From: Candidatus Binatia bacterium
GTDB taxonomy: Bacteria; Desulfobacterota; Binatia; Bin18
NCBI GenBank assembly: GCA_963664395.2
Contig: OY761159.2
Coordinates: 2,528,001-2,592,000, forward strand
Direction of reading: 5' to 3'
DNA length: 64,000 nt
In this document: piece after piece, positions 9,029 through 18,476 of the stretch
How the letters are laid out: each line of letters starts with the position of its first letter
Numbering within the stretch: position 1 is the stretch's first letter
Program-made: the position numbers and the translations under genes
The notes under the pieces: model-generated
What the model saw: the letters and a program-made list of their open reading frames with translations, nothing else
Database searches by the model: none
Told to the model about the DNA's origin: nothing

Positions 9029-10884
9029 ACCCTGAAGACCTGCGTGTCATCCTGGCGACGGATTGTGGCAGCACTACAACCAAGGCCGTCCTGATCCAAT
9101 ATCAAAACGACGAGTACCGACAAACGCACCGGGGCGAGGCGCCAACTACGGTTGAGGCTCCCTTTGAAGACGTGACGCGTGGGGTGCTGAACGCCATACA
9201 AGAGATTGAGGAGCTGTCCGGGCGGACTATTTTGGATGGGGAAACAATCCGTACTCCGGCCCATGGTTCGACGGGGGTTGATATTTATATTTCGACCAGC
9301 AGTGCCGGCGGCGGCCTCCAGATGGTCGTTAGCGGGGTTGTCCAGGCCATGTCGGCGGAGAGCGCCCAGCGCTGTGCATTAGGGACTGGGGCTATTGTCA
9401 TGGATGTGCTGGCCGCAAATGATGGCCGTCCGAGCCATGAAAAAATTGAGCGGATACGTCAACTTCGGCCTGACATGATTTTGTTTGCCGGTGGGACGGA
9501 TGGTGGCACAGTCTCCCATGTGGTTGAGGTGGCCGAGTATATTGCCGCGGCCGACCCAAAGCCGCGCTTGGGTCTGGGGTATAAACTCCCGGTCATCTAT
9601 GCGGGTAATAGAGACGTCCGGACTGAGGTGCAGGACATTTTAGGAGAGAAGGTTGCGCTGTCCGTTACTGAGAATATTCGGCCGGTGCTTGAACAAGAAA
9701 ACCTCAGGCCGGCCCGACAGAAAAGCCATGATCTTTTTCTTGAGCATGTCATGGCGCAGGCACCTGGATATAAAAGGCTTATTTCGTGGGTGGGCGCCCC
9801 TATTATTCCAACCCCAGCGGCCGTCGGCATGCTCATAGAAACGGTTGCCCGCCGCGAAGGGCTGAATGTCATTGGGGTCGATATTGGGGGGGCGACGACC
9901 GATGTCTTTTCGGTCTTTGATGAGATTTTCAACCGGACCGTGAGTGCCAATCTGGGCATGAGCTATAGCGTCGCAAATGTCGTCGCCGAAGCCGGACTGG
10001 AGCATATCCAGCGCTGGTTGCCATTTTCCTATGAAGAGTCCCGGCTTCGGAATCAGATTACAAATAAAATGATCCGGCCAACAACCATACCGCAGACGGT
10101 TGAAGACCTGCATATTGAGCACGCTATTGCGCGCGAAGCCCTGCGTTTGGCCTTGGAGCAACACAAACAGTTAGCCGTTGGGTTGAAAGGCGTACAACAG
10201 GAACGCTCTGTGTCCGACGCATTTGCACAAGCCCACTCAGGACAAAGCCTGATTGAGCTGTTCGCACTCGATCTCGTGATTGGCAGTGGCGGTGTTTTGT
10301 CCCATGCGCCCCGCCGCGTCCAAGCCATGCAAATGCTTGTCGATGCGTATCTCCCGTTGGGTCTGACGCAGATTGCCGTTGACGGTATTTTTATGATGCC
10401 ACATTTGGGTGTGCTTTCGACGGTGCATGAACAGGCGGCCACCGAGGTGTTTCATAAAGATTGTCTGATCCCGCTTGGTACCTGTATCGCCCCGAACGGT
10501 GTAGGAGATCCGGGGGAGCCGTGTTTTTCTTATGCTCTTCAGTTCCCTGATGGGACGAGACAAGAAGGCGCGGTGACCTGTAGCAGCCTGATACATATTC
10601 CTCTGGCACTGGGTCAGGCTGCGGATATTGAACTGCGACCCTCTCGAAAATTTGACTTTGGAGCTGGCCGAGGAAAGACCCTCACCGGGATAGTAACTGG
10701 CGGGGAGGTCGGCCTCTTGCTCGATGCCCGGGGCCGGCCACTGCCGTTCCCCACAGACGAAGATACCCGAGTGCAGCAGGTCCGGGAGTGGCACCACGCC
10801 GGGGATATGTATCCCGCGCAACAGGGCCGAGACCTACAGGTCTCGGCCCCTGAGAAACATCCTCAAAAATTCTTCAGTCCTTAG
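9025..10884 (+). CDS. GlmL/MutL-like (glutamate mutase L family) ASKHA actin-fold ATPase
   Basis: DCGSTTTK, SSAGGGL, LFAGGTDGG, DIGGATTDVFS, IGSGGVLSHAP. Confidence 0.85.
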   Translation: MNPEDLRVILATDCGSTTTKAVLIQYQNDEYRQTHRGEAPTTVEAPFEDVTRGVLNAIQEIEELSGRTILDGETIRTPAHGSTGVDIYISTSSAGGGLQMVVSGVVQAMSAESAQRCALGTGAIVMDVLAANDGRPSHEKIERIRQLRPDMILFAGGTDGGTVSHVVEVAEYIAAADPKPRLGLGYKLPVIYAGNRDVRTEVQDILGEKVALSVTENIRPVLEQENLRPARQKSHDLFLEHVMAQAPGYKRLISWVGAPIIPTPAAVGMLIETVARREGLNVIGVDIGGATTDVFSVFDEIFNRTVSANLGMSYSVANVVAEAGLEHIQRWLPFSYEESRLRNQITNKMIRPTTIPQTVEDLHIEHAIAREALRLALEQHKQLAVGLKGVQQERSVSDAFAQAHSGQSLIELFALDLVIGSGGVLSHAPRRVQAMQMLVDAYLPLGLTQIAVDGIFMMPHLGVLSTVHEQAATEVFHKDCLIPLGTCIAPNGVGDPGEPCFSYALQFPDGTRQEGAVTCSSLIHIPLALGQAADIELRPSRKFDFGAGRGKTLTGIVTGGEVGLLLDARGRPLPFPTDEDTRVQQVREWHHAGDMYPAQQGRDLQVSAPEKHPQKFFSP

Positions 10885-10908
10885 TACGCATTACCTATTC
10901 TTGAGATC

Positions 10909-12072
10909 ATGGCTCACGCATATACTCCAGGCCTGAGGGTCACAGCTGACACGACCATTCAAAAGACACGGCTTCTTCCTCTTCCTGGAGAAGTGGTCGT
11001 ATCCGAAGGAGACAGCGTCTCCGCCACCACTGTGGTGGCGCGGACCGAGCTGCCCGGACGGGTGTATCCCATTAATATTGCCAATCGCTTGAGCATCTCT
11101 CCCGGTGATGTCTCTCGGTATCTCCTGGCCCGTGAAGACGAGCGGGTGACCCAAGGCCAAGTCGTGGCTGAGAACCGCCCTTGGCTCAAGTGGTTCCAAA
11201 CACAAGTCCGTGCGCCTGTCACAGGGACTATCGAAACGGTCTCACACCGAACCGGCCAGGTCTTCTTGCGCGAACCGCCCCAAGTGCTTGATCTGGGGGC
11301 CTATATAGCCGGGCAGGTCACCACGGTCATGCCGCAGCACGGGGTAGTTGTTGCGGCCCGGGGGGCGCTCGTGCAAGGCATCTGCGGGGTTGGTGGTGAG
11401 ACGCATGGTCCTCTGACCTTCGGTGTTGAAACACCTGAAGAGACGCTTACTGCTGCGCATCTGACCCCTGAACAGCGGGGCTATATTGTCATTGGGGGCG
11501 CGTTTGTCCAGCCTGAAGCCTTTGCACGAGCCCGTGAAATCGGCGTCCACGCCCTCATTGTTGGCGGGGTAGACGCTGCCGACCTCAAAGCGCTGCTCGG
11601 CTATGACTTGGGGGTTGCTATTACCGGAACGGAGCACATTGGATGTACCCTTATTCTGACCGAGGGCTTTGGGCGGATTCCTATGGCCCGGCGTACGTTT
11701 GAACTGTTCGCTGCTCATAGTGGTCGGCTGGCCTCGTGTAGTGGAGCAACCCAGATTCGCGCTGGGGTGATTCGTCCCGAGATTGTTATTCCGAGACCCA
11801 GCGCGTACAAGACCTTCAATACGGAGGCTGCCGTGCAAGGAAGGCACGGTGCGGAGGCAGGCATTCAAGTGAGTGACGTGGTGCGCATCATTCGGGAACC
11901 GTACTTTGGCAGCCTCGCTCGGGTCAGGGCGCTGCCACCTGAGCTTCGGCGGATTCCAACCGAAAGTACTGTCCGCGTGCTTATTGCAGAGTTACCGGAT
12001 GGTCAAGAGATCACTATTCCTCGGGCGAATGTGGAGATGATTGAGGGGGAGGAAGATGGGACTAGGGATTAG
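10909..12072 (+). CDS. Conserved hypothetical soluble protein with biotinyl/barrel-sandwich-hybrid-like repeats and KOW-like C-terminus
   Basis: 'GEVVVSEGDSV', 'VRAPVTGTIETV', 'GATQIRAGVIRPEI', 'VRIIREPYFG'. Confidence 0.8.
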   Translation: MAHAYTPGLRVTADTTIQKTRLLPLPGEVVVSEGDSVSATTVVARTELPGRVYPINIANRLSISPGDVSRYLLAREDERVTQGQVVAENRPWLKWFQTQVRAPVTGTIETVSHRTGQVFLREPPQVLDLGAYIAGQVTTVMPQHGVVVAARGALVQGICGVGGETHGPLTFGVETPEETLTAAHLTPEQRGYIVIGGAFVQPEAFARAREIGVHALIVGGVDAADLKALLGYDLGVAITGTEHIGCTLILTEGFGRIPMARRTFELFAAHSGRLASCSGATQIRAGVIRPEIVIPRPSAYKTFNTEAAVQGRHGAEAGIQVSDVVRIIREPYFGSLARVRALPPELRRIPTESTVRVLIAELPDGQEITIPRANVEMIEGEEDGTRD

Positions 12073-13399
12073 GGGCTGGGGGTTAGCCGCTCGTGAAGAA
12101 CGCCGTCAGCGTTCGGATACGGGTGGGGCATGCCAGCCCTCGACGTGCTGGGTTGTGCTGCTTGGGCTGACTATGCTCCTTTCCTTTCTTGTGCAGGTCA
12201 GGGTGCTCGCCTCCGATTATCCCCTGACTGGCGAAGCCTTCGATATGCCGGGGGACGGTGGTGGCAGCATCGGCCTACGCTGGGAAGGGTACTTTGAAGA
12301 GACGGGAGAGGCACGCTACCAGGTTTTGCTCGGTGACCGGGAGCAGGGTGAGTTTCGAGTGGTCGCGACGTTTCCTGCCAATACCCACTATGAAAAAGAC
12401 CGTCCGGCTCCGTGGTGGATGAGATGGATTGTTGGTACTCCGCAACCAGGCGCGCATTTCTTTCGAGTCAGCACTGGCGCAGATGTCCCATTGGTGAATG
12501 GGAGGCGATATTTCGTGAAAATTGTTGCTCTCATTGGGGGAGAACGATTTGAGAGTCCGGTGTTCTCGGCGCTGCCTCAGCCGAACTGGTTTCAGTGGGG
12601 CAAGCTCAATAACTTTCTTTTCATGCTCGCGTTTAGCACCGGCGTGCTGCTCTCGATTCGCTCGGCCCGGACGAATCCCAATATCTTTCTTCGTCGTATC
12701 CCCGGCATTGATGCGGTCGAAGAGGCGGTTGGCCGGGCAACGGAAATGGGTCGGCCGATTTTATATCTGACCGGCAGTGGCGAGTTAACGGGGAGCGGCG
12801 ATGCGTCCAATCTGTCGACTATTGCGGCCACCGTTATTCTGGGAGAGGTGGCGAAGCGGGCGGCCGTGTATGGGACGGCCATAAAAGTCCCGCATCGTTC
12901 GGCCATTGTGATGGCCATTTCCCAGGAAATAGTCAAAGAAGCCTACCTGACCGCTGGTCGGCCGGACGCCTATTCTGACGACAGCAATTTTTTTATTACC
13001 GCAGACCAATTCGCGTATACCGCGGCGGTTGACGGCATCATGCTGCGCGACCGGCCGGCGGCCAATTTTTTCATCGGCTATTACTACGCCGAGGCGCTGC
13101 TGCTGGCCGAGACCGGCGCTACAACAGGAGCGATTCAGATTGCCGGGACGGATGCGGAGCATCAGTTGCCATTTTTTATTACTGCCTGTGATTATACCCT
13201 GATAGGTGAGGAGCTGTATGCCGCCAGTGCCTATCTGTCGCGCGACCCCGCGCTGGTCGGTACGCTCCGCGGCCAGGATTTGGGGAAAGGCTTCTTACTC
13301 ATAGGTCTGGTGTTGGGAACAGTGCTCATCACAATAGGTGATCTTACCGGACTGGCCATCTGTGAGACCGCCGTTCAGGTTTTCCACGATTTTCGGTAG
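12056..13399 (+). CDS. Membrane protein with extracytoplasmic FN3-like beta region and conserved C-terminal domain (DUF6754-like)
   Basis: N-terminal hydrophobic segment, 'DMPGDGGGSIGLRW', TM, then 'RRIPGIDAVEEAVGRATEMGRP...QLPFFITACDYTLIGEELYAASAYLS'. Confidence 0.75.
   Translation: MGLGIRGWGLAAREERRQRSDTGGACQPSTCWVVLLGLTMLLSFLVQVRVLASDYPLTGEAFDMPGDGGGSIGLRWEGYFEETGEARYQVLLGDREQGEFRVVATFPANTHYEKDRPAPWWMRWIVGTPQPGAHFFRVSTGADVPLVNGRRYFVKIVALIGGERFESPVFSALPQPNWFQWGKLNNFLFMLAFSTGVLLSIRSARTNPNIFLRRIPGIDAVEEAVGRATEMGRPILYLTGSGELTGSGDASNLSTIAATVILGEVAKRAAVYGTAIKVPHRSAIVMAISQEIVKEAYLTAGRPDAYSDDSNFFITADQFAYTAAVDGIMLRDRPAANFFIGYYYAEALLLAETGATTGAIQIAGTDAEHQLPFFITACDYTLIGEELYAASAYLSRDPALVGTLRGQDLGKGFLLIGLVLGTVLITIGDLTGLAICETAVQVFHDFR
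12058..12086 (+). repeat. Heptamer tandem repeat (STRR-like)
   Basis: GGGACTA GGGATTA GGGGCTG GGGGTTA; contains the TAG stop of the upstream gene. Confidence 0.6.
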
Positions 13400-13421
13400 G
13401 AGCGCTGGGCAGGAGGAAAAA

Positions 13422-14069
13422 GTGCTTTTCTGGCAACGCACAGTCCCACTCTTGATTACTTTTGTGTTTGGGCTGGCGCTTGTCCTGCAATACTATGTGC
13501 CCCATCCTGCCTCGGAAAGTTTTTTGCAGGAGGTTTCGCTCTGGAATCAAATTATTGCCGGGTTCGCCATCGTGCTGGGCGTCGGGAGTCTGCTTTCAAA
13601 CCATTACCTTAAAATCAAGCGTCAGGAAGCCGGCTGGGGATATAGCGCGGTGCTGTTCGTGTCACTGTTCACCGTGTTCGGGGCCGGGCTGTGGGCTGAG
13701 GGAAAAGCCGCCGGGACTTTCTTTGGATGGCTGTACGAGTATGTCTTGGTGGCGCTTCAGGGAACGATGTTCTCACTGCTGGCTTTTTTTGTCGCGTCCG
13801 CGGCCTACCGGGCTTTTCGGGCGCGGACGCTTGAGGCGACGGTTCTGCTCAGCGCAGCCGTCCTGGTTATGGCTGGCCGTGTTCCCCTCGGTGAGTATGT
13901 CCTGCCTGGGGTCGGATATATCTCCGACTGGATTATGAATGTACCGAACACGGCGGCCCAACGCGGCATTCTGATTGGCGTGAGCTTGGGCGGTATTGCC
14001 ACCTCGATCAAAATTATTTTTGGGATCGAACGCGCCTATCTGGGGGGAAGCCATAATGACGGTGCGTGA
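13422..14069 (+). CDS. Conserved polytopic membrane protein (GlmL-like cluster)
   Basis: AGGAGG RBS before GTG 13422; about 6 hydrophobic helices; 'TMFSLLAFFVASAAYRAFR', 'PNTAAQRGI'. Confidence 0.8.
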   Translation: MLFWQRTVPLLITFVFGLALVLQYYVPHPASESFLQEVSLWNQIIAGFAIVLGVGSLLSNHYLKIKRQEAGWGYSAVLFVSLFTVFGAGLWAEGKAAGTFFGWLYEYVLVALQGTMFSLLAFFVASAAYRAFRARTLEATVLLSAAVLVMAGRVPLGEYVLPGVGYISDWIMNVPNTAAQRGILIGVSLGGIATSIKIIFGIERAYLGGSHNDGA

Positions 14070-14895
14070 GTTTGCCCTGCGTGTGTTGCAATTGGACCGG
14101 CGTTTCATCTTTGTGCTGATGGGCTTGGTGACGTTGCTTCCTTTGCTCTACCCACTCGGCCTGCCGGTGCGCGTTTCGCCGGAAGCGTACAATATCTATG
14201 ACACGCTTGAGCACCTGCCTGAGCGTTCGGTGTTACTCGTGTCGCTTGATTTCGACCCGGCCTCAAAACCCGAACTCTACCCCATGACCGTTTCGCTCTT
14301 ACGTCATGCTTTTGCCAGAAACCTGCGCGTCGTGACTCTGACCCTCTGGCCGGCGGGAACGAGTATGGCGGAGTCCGCGGTCATTCAATTTGCCGAAGAA
14401 GCCGGCAAGAAAGATGGGACGGACTATGTCTTCCTCGGCTACGGGCCTGGGGAAGCGAATGCCATTATCAGTATGGGGCAGAGTCTGACCGACGCATTTC
14501 CAACCGATTACGCCGGCCGGAAAACCGACACGCTGCCCGTGCTCGCAGGCGTCCGCAGCTTACGCGATATTGATTATGCCATCAGCCTCAGCGCCGGCTT
14601 TCCCGGCCTCGAGACCTGGTATGTGTACGGCAAAGAGAAGTACGGCTTTGAGCTTGGCGGGGGCTGTACCGCAGTCAGTGCACCCAAGTTTTATCCGTTC
14701 CTGCAGACTGGACAAATTAATGGTCTGCTGGGCGGACTACGCGGCGCAGCCGAATATGAAACGCTGCTCAATCAGGCCGGTAAAGCGACCGCCGGCATGG
14801 ATGCGCAATCAGCCACCCATTTTCTTATTATCGGTCTGATTGTCGTCTGCAACGTCTGCTCCGTGCTGAGTGGCCGTAGGCGAGGGCGCTTATGA
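14056..14895 (+). CDS. Membrane-anchored alpha/beta-domain protein (GlmL-like cluster)
   Basis: N- and C-terminal TM helices around a soluble domain; 'GLLGGLRGAAEYE...GMDAQS'. Confidence 0.8.
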   Translation: MTVREFALRVLQLDRRFIFVLMGLVTLLPLLYPLGLPVRVSPEAYNIYDTLEHLPERSVLLVSLDFDPASKPELYPMTVSLLRHAFARNLRVVTLTLWPAGTSMAESAVIQFAEEAGKKDGTDYVFLGYGPGEANAIISMGQSLTDAFPTDYAGRKTDTLPVLAGVRSLRDIDYAISLSAGFPGLETWYVYGKEKYGFELGGGCTAVSAPKFYPFLQTGQINGLLGGLRGAAEYETLLNQAGKATAGMDAQSATHFLIIGLIVVCNVCSVLSGRRRGRL

Positions 14896-15650
14896 GTCCG
14901 GAGACGATGACCATAGTGGGCGCATGGGTTGCCACGGGTTTAAGCCTGTTTATCTATTCGTTTCTGTATAAGGATAATCCGTTCTTCAAGCTGGCTGAGC
15001 ATATCTTTGTCGGTGCTTCGGTCGGCTATCTTTTGGTCATCACGTACCATGAAGTCATACTTAAAAAGCTCGCTGTGCCCCTTATCGAGCAGCACGAATG
15101 GCGGCTGGTTATTCCGCTTCTCCTCGGCCTCCTGCTGTTAGCTCGGTTTTTCCCTCGCCTGGCCTGGAGCAGCCGCATTACGTTTGCCTTTATTTTAGGG
15201 GTGAGTTCAGGGGTGGCAATTCCGCGCCAACTGTCCTCGTTTATTTTGCAGCAGGTCCAGGGCACCTTGAAGCCACTCCTCACTGTTGACCCCATGGGAG
15301 GAGTCAGCTTCGGCCTGGCTGAACTGAACACGCTCCTTATTCTTATTGGCGTCGTCAGCGTTCTCGTCTACTTTTTTTTCTCTATTGAACACACCGGTAG
15401 CGTTCGTAGCGTGGCACGAGTTGGGATCTGTTTTCTCATGATCTCGTTCGGTGCCGCCTTTGGCTACACCGTCATGGCCCGCATGTCGCTGCTCATCGGT
15501 CGATTCGACGAGCTGATTCTGTACGCGGCGCCGGAGTATGGATATGCAACGATTGTGCTACTAGGAGTCGTGACGGGAGGGCTCGTATGGTGGCAGCGGC
15601 GATCTTTTCAGACGGATATCAAGACCCCGCCTACTGAAGGGACACAATAG
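14892..15650 (+). CDS. Conserved polytopic membrane protein (GlmL-like cluster)
   Basis: 'SFLYKDNPFFKLAEHIFVG', 'YFFFS', 'SFGAAFGYTVMARMSLLIGR'; ATGA overlap with the previous gene. Confidence 0.8.
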   Translation: MSPETMTIVGAWVATGLSLFIYSFLYKDNPFFKLAEHIFVGASVGYLLVITYHEVILKKLAVPLIEQHEWRLVIPLLLGLLLLARFFPRLAWSSRITFAFILGVSSGVAIPRQLSSFILQQVQGTLKPLLTVDPMGGVSFGLAELNTLLILIGVVSVLVYFFFSIEHTGSVRSVARVGICFLMISFGAAFGYTVMARMSLLIGRFDELILYAAPEYGYATIVLLGVVTGGLVWWQRRSFQTDIKTPPTEGTQ

Positions 15651-15662
15651 CAGGACAGGCGA

Positions 15663-16118
15663 TTATTCCCCAGCTTCTTCGGCTGCTGCGGCTTCTTCAG
15701 ATTGCGCCGCCGCCTTGGCCTTTTCAGCCAGGGCTATGACCTCGCTCATAGCGCCGACCTCTGGAATTTGGAGCCGGGTGCCTTTGATGCGGGCTGCCTT
15801 ACCGGATCGTTCACGTAAGTAGTACAACTTGGCACGCCGGACTTTCCCCCGAGCGAGGATTTCGATCTTCTCAATGCGCGGAGAATGCAAGGGGAAAATA
15901 CGCTCGACACCGACCCCGTACGACACTTTGCGGACCGTAAAAGTTGCCCGGTTCCCCTTGCCGTTCGAACGGCTGATGACCGCGCCTTCAAAGACCTGAA
16001 CCCGCTCTTTGTCGCCCTCAATGATCTTGGCATGGACGCGAACGGTATCTCCGGCTTTAAACTTTGGAATATCAGTCTTTTGCTGTTTGGCCTCAATGGC
16101 AGCGAGTAGGTTGCTCAT
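15663..16118 (-). CDS. rplS: 50S ribosomal protein L19
   Basis: 'FKAGDTVRV...FEGAVI...[15 protein letters not shown]...[10 protein letters not shown]'; GAGGAG RBS; Ala/Glu-rich tail. Confidence 0.97.
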   Translation of the reverse strand: MSNLLAAIEAKQQKTDIPKFKAGDTVRVHAKIIEGDKERVQVFEGAVISRSNGKGNRATFTVRKVSYGVGVERIFPLHSPRIEKIEILARGKVRRAKLYYLRERSGKAARIKGTRLQIPEVGAMSEVIALAEKAKAAAQSEEAAAAEEAGE

Positions 16119-16296
16119 GATGATGTTCTCCTCTGCAGTCTTTTCGTGTGCACTGTGCAGCCAGCAGGACTCAAGATACAGCGTGTCCGAGTCTGCCTCA
16201 CCTGAGACAGAGAGGTGCAGTATTGCCATGTATTTGCTGAGTACGGACGGCGAGGGCTGACTGCCTTCCTTGTATTACCCTGCCCCTGACAGACGG

Positions 16297-16860
16297 TCAA
16301 GTCGGCGTCCCCAGCAGACGATCAAGCATAATAGCCGCTGCTGCACGAACGGACAGGTGGTTATACGCTCCACACCCCTGAATTGGTTCAAGAATTGCCT
16401 CTGCCTGGGCGAAAACCTCCTCTGTCAGCCCCCAGCCGGTTCCCAAAAGTAAGAGGATGGGGCAATGCTCTTGTTGCACACTGGCGCGTATTTCGGCAAA
16501 GGTCAGACGCTCTCCCCCGCCCTTTGCCGATGTTGCAATGACGCGAGGCGGCTGATCTGCTGCACGAGTAATGGCCGCCCGAACCTCCTCAAGCGAGTCA
16601 GCCAAAGAGACAATGGAAAGGGCGTCTTTGCGGGTTTTATTATACACACTGCCATGCCCGTTTTGCCAATGGTCCAGGATTTTTTCCGCCAGCGCCTGGA
16701 GCGTTCGTACCGGATTGACCACGAAATACCGTTTGACTCCGTAGGTTAATGCAGACCGAGCAATATCGTGAATGTCCATATTGGTAATGGAGGTGGTCAC
16801 GACTTTATGCTCTTTGTCGTACACCGGGTGATGAATCAGTGCGATATAGACGTCGGCCAT
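16297..16860 (-). CDS. SPOUT-class RNA methyltransferase (TrmD-associated, DUF2168-like)
   Basis: 'ALIHHPV...TSITNMDIHDIARS', 'LLGTGWGL', 'YNHLSVRAAAAIMLDRL'. Confidence 0.85.
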   Translation of the reverse strand: MADVYIALIHHPVYDKEHKVVTTSITNMDIHDIARSALTYGVKRYFVVNPVRTLQALAEKILDHWQNGHGSVYNKTRKDALSIVSLADSLEEVRAAITRAADQPPRVIATSAKGGGERLTFAEIRASVQQEHCPILLLLGTGWGLTEEVFAQAEAILEPIQGCGAYNHLSVRAAAAIMLDRLLGTPT

Positions 16861-16908
16861 GAGCGCCTTTGCTGTGCGTGGCAAACAGGGACTATGCCGG
16901 CACGGTCT

Positions 16909-17640
16909 CTACTCGTCTTCATCCTGAATCTGCTCGAGCCAGCCCTTTTCTGCGGGCTTCAGGGCTGCCTTTTTGAGCAGGTCCGGTCGACGTTTCTGTG
17001 TCCGCAGCAGTGACTGTCTGCGTCGCCAATCGGAGATCTCCGCATGATGGCCGGATAAAAGCACGTGAGGAACCGGCATACCACGGAACTCTTCCGGTCG
17101 TGTATAGTGTGGATATTCAAGCAATCCGGTACTGAAAGACTCGTCTTCGGTTGACTCTTTCCGCCCGACCACACCAGGGACAAGCCGGGCAACGGCATCA
17201 ATCAGTACGAGGGCAGCAACTTCTCCCCCGCTGACAATATAGTCTCCAATGGAAATCTCTTCATCAACAAACGCCAGAACACGTTCATCTACCCCTTCAT
17301 AGCGACCACAGACAAGGATCAATGCCTCGTCAGCCGCCAGCTCGGCCGTTTTGGCCTGGGAAAGGGACTGTCCTTGAGGAGAGAGGAAAATACGCCTCGG
17401 ATTGTGTAAAGGCCGACTCACCGCTTCGACCGCGTTGACAAGGGGCTCGGGGGTCATCACCATGCCCCATCCCCCCCCATAGGGCGAATCGTCTGTTGAA
17501 CGATGCTTGCCTGGTGCATAGTCACGCAGATTATGCACGCAAAACGAAAGGATAGCCTTGTCCTGGGCCTTTTGTAACAGGCCGGTAGAGAGCGGCGAGG
17601 TAAACCACTCCGGGAAAATCGTAATAATGTGAAACTGCAT
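16909..17640 (-). CDS. trmD: tRNA (guanine-N1)-methyltransferase
   Basis: DDSPYGGGWGM, CGRYEGVDER, SIGDYIVSGGE, LLEYPHYTRP. Confidence 0.97.
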   Translation of the reverse strand: MQFHIITIFPEWFTSPLSTGLLQKAQDKAILSFCVHNLRDYAPGKHRSTDDSPYGGGWGMVMTPEPLVNAVEAVSRPLHNPRRIFLSPQGQSLSQAKTAELAADEALILVCGRYEGVDERVLAFVDEEISIGDYIVSGGEVAALVLIDAVARLVPGVVGRKESTEDESFSTGLLEYPHYTRPEEFRGMPVPHVLLSGHHAEISDWRRRQSLLRTQKRRPDLLKKAALKPAEKGWLEQIQDEDE

Positions 17641-17643
17641 GGG

Positions 17644-18153
17644 CTATTCGAGCAGTCCTTCAGGGGGGTCGATAATCACCAGTCGGCCTTCGATGGCGAT
17701 TGTCCGTATCACCTCCTCAACAACAGGGATCAGATATTCTTTTTCCCCATTCCGAACCACGAACACATCATGTCCTGGGGTCGTGAGGATCTCAGCAATA
17801 GTCCCGACAGGCTCTTTTGTCATAGTCTGGATAGGCAGCCCGATCAGCTGGTAGTGGTAAAACTCGCCGGCGTGGAGTTGGGGTAAGGCCGTCTCTTCCA
17901 CAAGCAGGATAGTATCCCGCAGCGCCTCAGCCCGATCTCGAGAATCTATCCCGGCAAATTTGAGGAGGATGAAAGACGCGTGCGGTCGGGCTTGTATGAG
18001 CTCGAACGTCTCTTCCCAAGCGTCTTTCTTGCGGAGCGTGACACACAGACCAGGCTGTAACGTCGGGCACGGAGAAGAGTGGGGGCGTAGACGAACCTCT
18101 CCCCGCACACCATGCGTATTGACCACCCGACCAAGTTCAATCAGTGTGGCCAC
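17644..18153 (-). CDS. rimM: 16S rRNA processing protein RimM
   Basis: 'GRVVNTHGVRGEV', 'EFYHYQLIG', 'LIPVV'; position between khpA and trmD. Confidence 0.93.
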   Translation of the reverse strand: MATLIELGRVVNTHGVRGEVRLRPHSSPCPTLQPGLCVTLRKKDAWEETFELIQARPHASFILLKFAGIDSRDRAEALRDTILLVEETALPQLHAGEFYHYQLIGLPIQTMTKEPVGTIAEILTTPGHDVFVVRNGEKEYLIPVVEEVIRTIAIEGRLVIIDPPEGLLE

Positions 18154-18163
18154 GCTGGGAACG

Positions 18164-18400
18164 TTATTTTTCTTCGACAATTTCGAGGACAACTTTACGG
18201 TTTGTTCGGGAAGCCGCTGCATTGAGCAGGGTACGGATCGACTTTGCCGTACGCCCCTGTTTGCCGATAATACGGCCCAGGTCTTCCTTGGCTACACGAA
18301 GCTCAAGGATGGCCGCTGTTTCTCCCTGGATTTCTGAGACCTCGACTTCATCCGGGTTATTCACCAGCGCCCTGGCTAGGTATGCAACAAGCTCTTTCAT
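18164..18400 (-). CDS. khpA: KH-domain RNA-binding protein KhpA/YlqC
   Basis: 'MKELV...DLGRIIGKQGRTAKSIR'; follows rpsP. Confidence 0.93.
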   Translation of the reverse strand: MKELVAYLARALVNNPDEVEVSEIQGETAAILELRVAKEDLGRIIGKQGRTAKSIRTLLNAAASRTNRKVVLEIVEEK

Positions 18401-18476
18401 AGTATTCTCCTCTAATGCGTAAGCGTGCACTCCAAATAGACGTGCAGATGTTGGCACGTGTACGCATTATACCAGA

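Noticed and set aside
9025-10884. DNA mismatch repair MutL
   Set aside because: Motifs are ASKHA/actin-type, not GHKL; 'MutL' here refers to the mutase-associated family
16119-16296. Ribosomal-protein leader RNA upstream of rplS
   Set aside because: Only an imperfect hairpin is visible; it cannot be supported without covariation data
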